DNA of 64,000 nt from a virus. Under the pieces are notes generated by a model. That model was given only the letters and a program-made list of their open reading frames with translations. It was not told the DNA's origin and searched no databases. Where the stretch lies: IMG/VR virus record IMGVR_UViG_3300027901_000001; one strand, given 5' to 3'. The translations under genes and the position numbers were made by a program. How positions within the stretch are numbered: the stretch's first letter is position 1; every line of letters starts with the position of its first letter. This document shows positions 54,205 to 60,471 of the stretch, piece after piece.

Positions 54205-54516
54205 TCACAGCCTCCGTTTCTTCCGTTTCAGGGTGTACCGGGCCTCCACGGGCCGGTCCTTCACCCACTCAATGTACCGCCAAACCTTGGGGCTCGCCAA
54301 GAGCTTCTTCAGAGTGTTGTACTGGGTGCGCAGCTCCTGGTTCGTGAACATGAGGTGAATCTGGTCGCCACACTGATGGCAGACCTTGATCCCCTCCTTA
54401 GTACGCCGCCGCCGCTTGCCCGGCTCTAGGTGATGGAACACCAGATGGTCCGTCTCCCTGGAGCAGAGCGCGCAGCACAGCTTGTGCTTATTTTCCGGAC
54501 AGGCAGAGGGACGCAT
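54205..54516 (-). CDS. Small HNH-like endonuclease
   Basis: CALC...HHL...CHQC..QIH. Confidence 0.6.
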   Translation of the reverse strand: MRPSACPENKHKLCCALCSRETDHLVFHHLEPGKRRRRTKEGIKVCHQCGDQIHLMFTNQELRTQYNTLKKLLASPKVWRYIEWVKDRPVEARYTLKRKKRRL

Positions 54517-55450
54517 ACAGCACTTCGTCCCCCTCACCAACGAACTGGCCCGACAGCAACCTGCTGGCCACCGTCCGCAGGGAGAAGCCGCCCATCTTTT
54601 CGTCCGGCCGGGCAGCCGCCTCAAGCTGGAGTGCCTGGGTTTCGCCAACCACGGTGCTGGTCGTCTCCTGGTCCTTCTCGGTTGCCTCCTTCAGAGCCGC
54701 CTGGAGCCCCTCCAGGGACCGTTCTCCCACGGTAAGGGCCGACCTAGTAGCCGGAGGCAGCGGGTTGCCCTTGGCCACCTGGAGCGACAGGGAGCCGTAG
54801 CACACCCGAATCAGAGGCACCCACAGACGCTCCCAGAAGGCCACGGAGGGAGCGCGCTCGACGCCCACCACCTTGCCGCCTACCAGGATGATGCTGCCCA
54901 CCTGCCGGGGCACCAGCTCGAACTCGGCCACGAACTCATCGAGCTGCTTCTTGAAGTGCCGCAAGAAGTCCGCGATGTTGCCGCTGCCGGACAGGCCCAC
55001 GGACCGCTTGAAAGCGCGGATGAAGGTCCACAGCCGATCGTACTTATCCTCCAGCCGAGTCGCCAGCGCCTGAGCACGCAGCGCCGCCGGAAGGATGATC
55101 ATGCTGCCCTGCTGATCACGGATAAGCCCGCTCTGGGTCTCCTGGATGCAGCACGCCCGGTCCATGTCCCGCTCGCTCTTGGGAGCCATGAGCGCGCCCC
55201 CGCACACCGCGTGGTCCTGAGCCGCGTCCTTCACGCACCAGCCCGCGCCGGGCGACACAATAGAAGGCCGGTCGGCCGTGTTCCGAAGGTGCACGGAACC
55301 GTACTCGTGGGTCGAGGCGTGGAAATCCGGCGGAGCGAACCGATCGTCGTCTTCGTCGCTCAGCAGCGGAATCACCTCCATCTGTCCGACGCTCTGGCGA
55401 GCACCGGTCCTGGTTCCTTTAAGGATCTGTTCTACGGTCAGTGTAGGCAT
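54488..55450 (-). CDS. ARPP/DUF6569-like domain protein
   Basis: 'QSVGQMEVIPL', 'AAQDHAV', 'ACCIQETQSG'; coupled to the vWA gene; family call from memory of the motif pattern. Confidence 0.5.
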   Translation of the reverse strand: MPTLTVEQILKGTRTGARQSVGQMEVIPLLSDEDDDRFAPPDFHASTHEYGSVHLRNTADRPSIVSPGAGWCVKDAAQDHAVCGGALMAPKSERDMDRACCIQETQSGLIRDQQGSMIILPAALRAQALATRLEDKYDRLWTFIRAFKRSVGLSGSGNIADFLRHFKKQLDEFVAEFELVPRQVGSIILVGGKVVGVERAPSVAFWERLWVPLIRVCYGSLSLQVAKGNPLPPATRSALTVGERSLEGLQAALKEATEKDQETTSTVVGETQALQLEAAARPDEKMGGFSLRTVASRLLSGQFVGEGDEVLYASLCLSGK

Positions 55451-57036
55451 TACACACCTCCTCTCCCGAGCACCGGGAGCGCCCTGCCGATCAGGACGTT
55501 GATACCGCGCACCGGATCCGCCTCCAGCATCCCCCGGATGAACGTCAGCCCGATGGACGCCGGATCCTTCACCGGCATGGTGGAAGCCAGCTTGGGAGCC
55601 AGCTCCCGGACACTTCCAACCTCAGCCGCGAAAACCGGGTTGATGTGGTAGACCGGCGTTTCGATGCCGATCTCGCGTGCCTGGCCGAGCACCTCTGCAA
55701 ACCGTCCGGCCGGTCGGTTCTCATACCCATCGCTGAGCACAAAGATAACATCCGGCCCATCGGCCAGCAGCTCCAGGAGTCCCGAGGCCAGCTCGGTATC
55801 TCCGGACGGCCGGGGAGACTCGGCCCCCAGATTACCTCCACGGGTAACCTCAAAGGCGCGCTTCGTGGCTGTCCGCCTCAGCATATCGCGCATGGCCAGC
55901 ACGGCCGCCATCGGCCGCAGCGGCTGGGTCTTGTCCCCGGCCATCGACTTCGAGGCATCCACCAGGATGCCAACGTTCTCGTAGCTCACCGGGAACGCCT
56001 TGGCCGCCTTCCGAGCCTTGGCCAGAAGAGCCTCCTCGATCTCTCCAGTCATGCCCATCTCGAAGGCGTACAGGTAAAGCCGGACCGCATCGTAGTCCTT
56101 CGGATCCATCTCGACCTTGACCCCAGCCTTCTTCGCCTGACGCTGCACCGTCATCTTCTGCTTCTTGCTGAGAGTGCCTTCCTTCGCAGCGTGCTTCAGC
56201 ACCTCATCCTTGGAGACCTCCTGGTGGTAGGTGCTCCGCAGGCCCTCCAGAACCTCCGGCGGCAGTCGACTGCCTTCCGCCAGGTCCTTCTTGGCCGCCT
56301 CCCGAGCCTTGAGCAGGGGGGTCTTCCAGGTCCGCGTGCCACCGAGCACGAAGCACACGTACTCGTACACGTCGGACGGCTTGCCCTGGTGGTACTTGTC
56401 GATGCTGTCGCGGAGAATCTTCTTCTCCTTGTCCGTCCAGGTCCGGGCGCTCCGGCTCAGGATCGTCCGGATCACCGTGGTGCGCTTCTGGCCCCAGGCG
56501 TGGGTCAGGGCCTCGCTCATCTTGCTGCGGTACTTCACGGCCCACCAGTCCAACTTCCTGGAGCTGAGGATGGTCCGCAGCATCAGCTTCCGGGTCCGGG
56601 CGTTGTTGGCCTTCGGCGTCTCCTGGGTGCCCACGCGGAATCCCTGGAAGAGCTTGAACACCATCTGCGGAGGCATCTCGCGCATGTAGTGGTAGAGCAC
56701 CTCGCGCTCCATCTTGGCGTCGAGCAGGCCATCGGTCTGGCTGTTACGCGGGGTACCGAGCAGATTCTTGGTGCCGATCTGCACGGCGCGCTCCATCACG
56801 CCCGGCAGCACCAACAGCAAGGCGTACAGGTCACGGTCGAGCTTCATCATGGCCTGGTGCGCAGCCAGCTCCGCCTTCTGCTGCTCCTGGCGCGTGTTGT
56901 AGTGGGTAGCCCGGCCAAACGAGGTCGAGGCCGTGTCCAGGAAATGGCACACGATCTCCCCCGCCTTCTTCGCAGTCACACGCTGCGGAGGCTTCCACCT
57001 GATTTCATCGCTGTCCCTGGTAACGATGTCCGGCAT
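55450..57036 (-). CDS. TROVE/Ro60-like helical domain plus vWA (MIDAS) protein
   Basis: 528 aa; MIDAS 'VDASKSM' and 'VLSDGYEN'; helical N-terminal two-thirds with 'PPEVLEGL'; size and architecture as in Ro60. Confidence 0.65.
   Translation of the reverse strand: MPDIVTRDSDEIRWKPPQRVTAKKAGEIVCHFLDTASTSFGRATHYNTRQEQQKAELAAHQAMMKLDRDLYALLLVLPGVMERAVQIGTKNLLGTPRNSQTDGLLDAKMEREVLYHYMREMPPQMVFKLFQGFRVGTQETPKANNARTRKLMLRTILSSRKLDWWAVKYRSKMSEALTHAWGQKRTTVIRTILSRSARTWTDKEKKILRDSIDKYHQGKPSDVYEYVCFVLGGTRTWKTPLLKAREAAKKDLAEGSRLPPEVLEGLRSTYHQEVSKDEVLKHAAKEGTLSKKQKMTVQRQAKKAGVKVEMDPKDYDAVRLYLYAFEMGMTGEIEEALLAKARKAAKAFPVSYENVGILVDASKSMAGDKTQPLRPMAAVLAMRDMLRRTATKRAFEVTRGGNLGAESPRPSGDTELASGLLELLADGPDVIFVLSDGYENRPAGRFAEVLGQAREIGIETPVYHINPVFAAEVGSVRELAPKLASTMPVKDPASIGLTFIRGMLEADPVRGINVLIGRALPVLGRGGV
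56261..56274. repeat. 14-bp palindrome, copy 5
   Basis: Exact; inside the TROVE-like gene. Confidence 0.8.
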
Positions 57037-57057
57037 GGTTGTACCTCCAGAAAAATA

Positions 57058-57189
57058 CCGGGGGTAAGTTGCTCGTCATTTGTCTCGCGCCTTTACCAGT
57101 TAGGCCACGCCCCCGCTTGGTGGGGGCGGCAGGACTCGAACCTGCAATCTCGGGATTCCATATCCGAAAATGACGCGACAGTTCCCCGG
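57058..57189 (-). ncRNA. Y-RNA-like RNA with a circularly permuted tRNA-like domain
   Basis: Outer stem CCGGGG/CCCCGG plus GCGUCAUUU/AAAUGACG encloses, in order, a T-arm (GCAGG-TTCGAGT-CCTGC), a loop-closed acceptor stem (CGCCCCC-ACCAAGC-GGGGGCG) and a D-arm (GCC-TAACTGGTAAA-GGC); directly upstream of the TROVE-like gene. Confidence 0.75.
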
Positions 57190-57199
57190 ATAAATTAAG

Positions 57200-57271
57200 C
57201 CCCGGTCACGGTGACTGTCGCGGAGTAAAGGGGTTAACCAAAATCCTAAAACGACAGCGCAGTTCCCGAGG
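57200..57271 (-). ncRNA. Short GAACU-motif hairpin RNA
   Basis: CCUCGG-GAACU-gcgCUGUCG ... CGACAG ... CCGGGG. Confidence 0.5.
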
Positions 57272-57285
57272 TCTAATCTTTCGCC

Positions 57286-57442
57286 TGTTCGTAGCGACCG
57301 GCCTGAGACAGGGGGGTTGTCAGGTTTTTTGAAAGAAAACAGGAATCGGACCTGTACCTTCTGTTGGTAAAACAGACGTGCTACCGTTGCACTATCTCTT
57401 CCGAAACTAGCAACCTAGTTCTCAGGTCCGTCGCTACGAACA
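57286..57442 (-). ncRNA. Long-stem RNA enclosing a degenerate tRNA-like cloverleaf
   Basis: TGTTCGTAGCGAC/GTCGCTACGAACA and CCTGAGA/TCTCAGG stems; the inner 57331..57402 has D-, anticodon-like (TCTGT/ACAGA) and T-like arms with a poor acceptor stem. Confidence 0.6.
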
Positions 57443-57480
57443 AGCTCCTTTCATTCATACCCTCCTTCCGAGTATCTCCA

Positions 57481-57508
57481 TTATTAGCCTATGTTTTCCG
57501 TTTGTCAA
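57481..57508 (-). promoter_or_regulatory. Sigma70-like promoter ahead of the Y-like RNA/TROVE-like operon
   Basis: TTGACA-N16-TAATAA(T). Confidence 0.55.
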
Positions 57509-57527
57509 ATCCTGTCTTGATTTTTTC

Positions 57528-57613
57528 TGGCGGAAGGCAGAGGTCCCGACCCTCAGACCCGGAGGCCCCAACGGCTTAGCAGGCCGCGCCTGTCCCCGAC
57601 AGGTTTACCTTCC
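57528..57613 (-). tRNA. trnS: tRNA-Ser(GCU)
   Basis: Long variable arm; loop CTGCTAA; CCA. Confidence 0.87.
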
Positions 57614-57662
57614 CAAGGTTCCTGCTCGGGCGCGTACTGCTCTCTGTTGCTCTGCCTCTCAT
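57614..57662 (-). promoter_or_regulatory. Ser(GCU) leader (MRGRATESSTRPSRNL...)
   Basis: AGC AGT ... AGC and no TCN codons. Confidence 0.7.
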
Positions 57663-57671
57663 CGCTTTCCT

Positions 57672-57745
57672 CGGTGGGTCTGAAGGGAATCGAACCCCTG
57701 TAGTCCGGTTAAGAGCCGGATGCTCGGCCACTGAGCGACAGACCC
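57672..57745 (-). tRNA. trnK: tRNA-Lys(CUU)
   Basis: Cloverleaf; loop CTCTTAA. Confidence 0.92.
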
Positions 57746-57809
57746 TCGCGTGCGCGCACCTCCGCGTGCGCGTGCGCTTGAGCCTGGTCTGTCGATTTAC
57801 CGAAATCAT
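57746..57809 (-). promoter_or_regulatory. Lys(CUU) leader (MISVNRQTRLKR...)
   Basis: SD AGGAG; single Lys codon is AAG; CGACAGACC pairs with the tRNA 5' strand. Confidence 0.65.
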
Positions 57810-57820
57810 CGTGAAACTCC

Positions 57821-57895
57821 TGGTGGGCGCGGTGGGAATCGAACCCACGGATTCCGGGTTAAAAGCCCGGTACCCTGCCATCGGGTGCCACGCCC
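57821..57895 (-). tRNA. trnK: tRNA-Lys(UUU)
   Basis: Cloverleaf; loop CTTTTAA; CCA. Confidence 0.9.
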
Positions 57896-57933
57896 TCGAT
57901 GGGACGCGGCGATCGTTTCAGTCTCCTATTCAT
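57896..57933 (-). promoter_or_regulatory. Lys(UUU) leader (MNRRLKRSPRPI...)
   Basis: Single Lys codon is AAA; GCCGCGTCC pairs with the tRNA 5' GGGCGTGGC. Confidence 0.62.
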
Positions 57934-58008
57934 AGCTCCAGGGGCAGGCGTCGAACCCGCATAGTCTCGGTTAACAGCCGAGCGCCTTACCAGTTAGGCT
58001 ACCCTGGA
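57933..58008 (-). tRNA. trnN: tRNA-Asn(GUU)
   Basis: Cloverleaf; loop CTGTTAA. Confidence 0.92.
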
Positions 58009-58053
58009 AGAACACCGCTGGGGCCGACCGTTGGCCGACCCGGTGGTATTCAT
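58009..58053 (-). promoter_or_regulatory. Asn leader (MNTTGSANGRPQRCS...)
   Basis: AAT and AAC codons. Confidence 0.55.
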
Positions 58054-58058
58054 TCCAG

Positions 58059-58134
58059 TGGCAGGAGTGGAAGGACTCGAACCCTCATCACCGGGGTAGA
58101 AGCCCGGTGCTCTCATCCGTTGAGCTACACTCCC
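58059..58134 (-). tRNA. trnR: tRNA-Arg(UCU)
   Basis: Cloverleaf; loop CTTCTAC; CCA. Confidence 0.92.
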
Positions 58135-58136
58135 TC

Positions 58137-58211
58137 GGGCGGGAGCGGCGGGAGTCGAACCCGCACAGACCAGCTTAGGAGGCCGGTACCCATCCATTAG
58201 GCGTCGCTCCC
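58137..58211 (-). tRNA. trnR: tRNA-Arg(CCU)
   Basis: Cloverleaf; loop CTCCTAA. Confidence 0.88.
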
Positions 58212-58260
58212 AGATGCTGTCCTGGAATCTTCGCCTGTATCTGTGCTCGATCCGTTCCAT
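58212..58260 (-). promoter_or_regulatory. Arg(CCU/UCU) leader (MERIEHRYRRRFQDSI...)
   Basis: CGG AGA AGG CGA AGA; contains both AGG and AGA. Confidence 0.72.
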
Positions 58261-58271
58261 CTTCTTCTTCC

Positions 58272-58348
58272 TGGTAGGCCCGGTCGGATTTGAACCGACG
58301 ACCACGCCCTTATCGGGGGCGTGCTCTACCTATCTGAGCTACGAGCCC
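58272..58348 (-). tRNA. trnI: tRNA-Ile(GAU)
   Basis: Cloverleaf; loop CCGATAA (C33); CCA. Confidence 0.9.
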
Positions 58349-58398
58349 ATCACCCTTGCGCGCCGGTCTCAACCGGCCCGGTAATGAGCACAGCCTGT

Positions 58399-58911
58399 TT
58401 ACGCAACACTCGCATACGTTCTCCTGTTCACAATGTAAGATACGGTGGTCTTTGGAACCCCATACTTCTCCATCAGCTCTTTATACGACATGCCCCGATC
58501 CCGATCTTTTCTCAGGTTTCGCACCTCATCTTCGGAAACCTTGCTTCTAACCCTCCCTGCCTTCCGAGCATCCAAGGTCCTCTTTCTTTTGTCCTTATCT
58601 AACGTGTTCTGAGAATGCGTCCCGATTGCGATGTTCCCTTTGCTATTGTTCAGTGGGTTTCCGTCCAAGTGTCGCGCCTCCACTCCTTCAGCAAACGCAT
58701 CTTCTCCGAACCACTGATAGGCCGCCAACAGATGGACGGCGACATTATATTCTACCCCTTTGTCCTTTATCTTAAATGACAAGTACCCTTTTCTGTCGTC
58801 GTAAAGACTCCTTTTCTTGCCTGACGCTGCTGTTACCTCTCCTGCCTCTGAAACCCTGTATCCTTTACGAAAAGCAATCAACACTGCGGTAATCTTTTTT
58901 GACCGCCTCAT
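58399..58911 (-). CDS. HNH homing endonuclease with C-terminal HTH, inserted in the tRNA array
   Basis: 'VHLLAAY', 'ARHLDGNPLNNSKGNI...THSQN'; AT-rich. Confidence 0.85.
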   Translation of the reverse strand: MRRSKKITAVLIAFRKGYRVSEAGEVTAASGKKRSLYDDRKGYLSFKIKDKGVEYNVAVHLLAAYQWFGEDAFAEGVEARHLDGNPLNNSKGNIAIGTHSQNTLDKDKRKRTLDARKAGRVRSKVSEDEVRNLRKDRDRGMSYKELMEKYGVPKTTVSYIVNRRTYASVA

Positions 58912-58912
58912 T

Positions 58913-58991
58913 TTGCGCTCCGGGGCAGGATCGAACTGCCGACACCTCGGGCTTCAACCGAGTGCTCTACCAACGCCTGAGCTACCGGAGC
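58913..58991 (-). tRNA. trnF: tRNA-Phe(GAA)
   Basis: Cloverleaf; loop TTGAAGC. Confidence 0.9.
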
Positions 58992-59048
58992 AGAATCGCT
59001 ACGGCAGCCCGTAAAGCCCTCATCGTATGTCCTCTTCCTGTCCATCAT
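58992..59048 (-). promoter_or_regulatory. Phe leader (MMDRKRTYDEGFTGCRSDS...)
   Basis: TTT followed by GGCTGCCGTAGC, which pairs 11/12 with the tRNA 5' end; start uncertain. Confidence 0.58.
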
Positions 59049-59053
59049 CTCCT

Positions 59054-59127
59054 CGGTGCGGGCAAAGGGAATCGAACCCATTTCTCCAGGGTGGAAACCT
59101 GGCATCTCACCGTTGGACCGTACCCGC
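59054..59127 (-). tRNA. trnG: tRNA-Gly(UCC)
   Basis: Cloverleaf; loop TTTCCAC. Confidence 0.9.
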
Positions 59128-59165
59128 ATGGCCAGCAGCAGGCTCTCCCTGCACGGTCCCTCCTC
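59128..59165 (-). promoter_or_regulatory. Gly(UCC) leader
   Basis: In-frame GGA GGA GGG ACC GTG CAG GGA; GGACCGTGC pairs with tRNA GTACGGTCC. Confidence 0.62.
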
Positions 59166-59243
59166 CGGTCCACCCGGTCGGACTCGAACCGATCATCGCT
59201 CGCTTATAGGGCGAGTGCTCTACGCAGATTGAGCTACGGGTGG
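59166..59243 (-). tRNA. trnI: tRNA-Ile(UAU), rare anticodon
   Basis: Cloverleaf; stem CTCGC/GCGAG, loop CCTATAA; A73. Confidence 0.85.
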
Positions 59244-59298
59244 TCACCGTAACGGGCGCGACCCGTGCGCCTATCTGCCTATCCGCTCGCCTTGCCAT
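59244..59298 (-). promoter_or_regulatory. Ile(UAU) leader (MARRADRQIGARV...)
   Basis: The only Ile codon is ATA; SD-like GGAGG upstream. Confidence 0.62.
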
Positions 59299-59539
59299 GC
59301 CTCAGTCCCTCCATGTACCACTGGTATTCGTGACCTCTGACCGTTCCTCCGCACTTCTTACAACGATACTGCGCCCTGAAATGTAATCCGTCGTTTTCCT
59401 TTTCAAATTCGTGCGGCCCTTCACACTCCCTGAGCTTCTTGTGGTTGGCCTTCACCTCTTCCCAGATTTGATTGATTTCCTTTTTCTTCAGCCCCGATAC
59501 GTTCGCTAGCGCGTCTAGTGCCTTGTCAACCATGCTCAC
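59279..59539 (-). CDS. Small Zn-finger hypothetical protein
   Basis: C...H.F...Y.CKKCG. Confidence 0.6.
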   Translation of the reverse strand: MSMVDKALDALANVSGLKKKEINQIWEEVKANHKKLRECEGPHEFEKENDGLHFRAQYRCKKCGGTVRGHEYQWYMEGLRHGKASG

Positions 59540-59540
59540 C

Positions 59541-59629
59541 TGGTGCGCCGGGAGGGAATCGAACCCCCATAGCCCGTCAGGACACCTGGGTTACAGCCAG
59601 GCCCCCGTACCAATTCGAGGAACCGACGC
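59541..59629 (-). tRNA. trnY: tRNA-Tyr(GUA)
   Basis: Long variable arm; loop CTGTAAC; CCA. Confidence 0.9.
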
Positions 59630-59691
59630 ATACCGGTTTCCGCCGCCTCTCGCGGCCCGGTATAGCGCCTGTCTGTCCTGCACCCTGTCAT
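59630..59691 (-). promoter_or_regulatory. Tyr leader (MTGCRTDRRYTGPREAAETG...)
   Basis: SD AGGAG; one TAT codon; alternative hairpins. Confidence 0.5.
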
Positions 59692-59721
59692 CGTTTCCAT
59701 CTCCTGTTCCGCAACAAGCAA

Positions 59722-59879
59722 GTAAACCGAGGCAAGGGCTCTCGTTGGTTTTGGCTTTTGAGTTACCCCGGCGATAAAAAAGGCTTGCGCCTAGCGCCGG
59801 GGGCTGGACTCGAACCAGCAACGTTCAGTCTATCAAACTGATACTCTTCCTATAACAACGCGATAGTTCCTCGGTTTAC
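59722..59879 (-). ncRNA. Second Y-RNA-like RNA with permuted T-arm/acceptor domain
   Basis: 11-bp outer stem GTAAACCGAGG/CCTCGGTTTAC, GAACU, CGTTG/CAACG; T-arm GCTGG-TTCGAGT-CCAGC followed by the CCCCGGCG/CGCCGGGG stem. Confidence 0.68.
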
Positions 59880-59907
59880 CTCCTTGCTGCGAGCTGAAAC
59901 AAACAGG

Positions 59908-60034
59908 TGATCTGAGACAGGTTGAACGTCAGTTTTGGTAAAGGGGGTCTGCACGACCTACACGGACTTATGCGTGTCCGTCATTGGTTTTCAGCCAATG
60001 GCATTCCTAGACTGGCGGTACAGTTCTCAGATCA
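59908..60034 (-). ncRNA. GAACU-motif long-stem RNA, paralogue of 57286..57442
   Basis: TGATCTGAGA/TCTCAGATCA stem; shares CTGAGAACT ... CTGAC ... CCTGTCTCAG with 57286..57442. Confidence 0.55.
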
Positions 60035-60058
60035 ACTCTTTCTTCCAACACCTCCTTT

Positions 60059-60136
60059 TGGGCTGGCCGACGGGACTCGAACCCGCAAAAAACACGGCCC
60101 ACAACCGTGTGCCTCGTCCGGCTGGCTCCGACCAGC
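60059..60136 (-). tRNA. trnH: tRNA-His(GUG)
   Basis: 8-bp acceptor stem with G-1:C73; loop TTGTGGG; CCA. Confidence 0.9.
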
Positions 60137-60174
60137 ATAATATGGCCGGAGCCCGTATGTCTTTCGCCCTTCAT
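60137..60174 (-). promoter_or_regulatory. His leader (MKGERHTGSGHI...)
   Basis: Two CAT codons flank GGCTCCGGCCA, which pairs 11 bp with tRNA TGGTCGGAGCC. Confidence 0.75.
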
Positions 60175-60184
60175 CTTCCTTCTC

Positions 60185-60258
60185 CAGCGCCCCGTACGGG
60201 ACTCGAACCCGTCTCATTGGATCGACAGTCCAACTGCATCCCCGATGCACAACGAGGC
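60185..60258 (-). tRNA. trnD: tRNA-Asp(GUC)
   Basis: Cloverleaf; loop CTGTCGA; G73. Confidence 0.87.
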
Positions 60259-60296
60259 ATCAGATCGTCAGCCGGTTCTGTATCTATCCAGGTCAT
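60259..60296 (-). promoter_or_regulatory. Asp leader (MTWIDTEPADDL...)
   Basis: SD AGGAG; GAT, GAC, GAT in 12 codons. Confidence 0.68.
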
Positions 60297-60307
60297 CGTC
60301 TTCTCCT

Positions 60308-60386
60308 TGGTAGCGGGAGCGGGATTTGAACCCGCGATCTTCGGGTTATGAGCCCAACGGGGACGACCAGACTCCCCTATCCCGCA
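60308..60386 (-). tRNA. trnfM: Initiator tRNA-fMet(CAU)
   Basis: GGG/CCC anticodon stem, 1:72 mismatch, loop CTCATAA; CCA. Confidence 0.9.
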
Positions 60387-60394
60387 GCAATCCT

Positions 60395-60471
60395 TGGTCC
60401 GGGCGGTGGGATTTGAACCCACGACTACGTGGTCCCAAGCCACGTGGGCTACCAGCCTGCCCTACACCCGG
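60395..60471 (-). tRNA. trnP: tRNA-Pro(UGG)
   Basis: C1:G72, A73; loop CTTGGGA; CCA. Confidence 0.92.
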
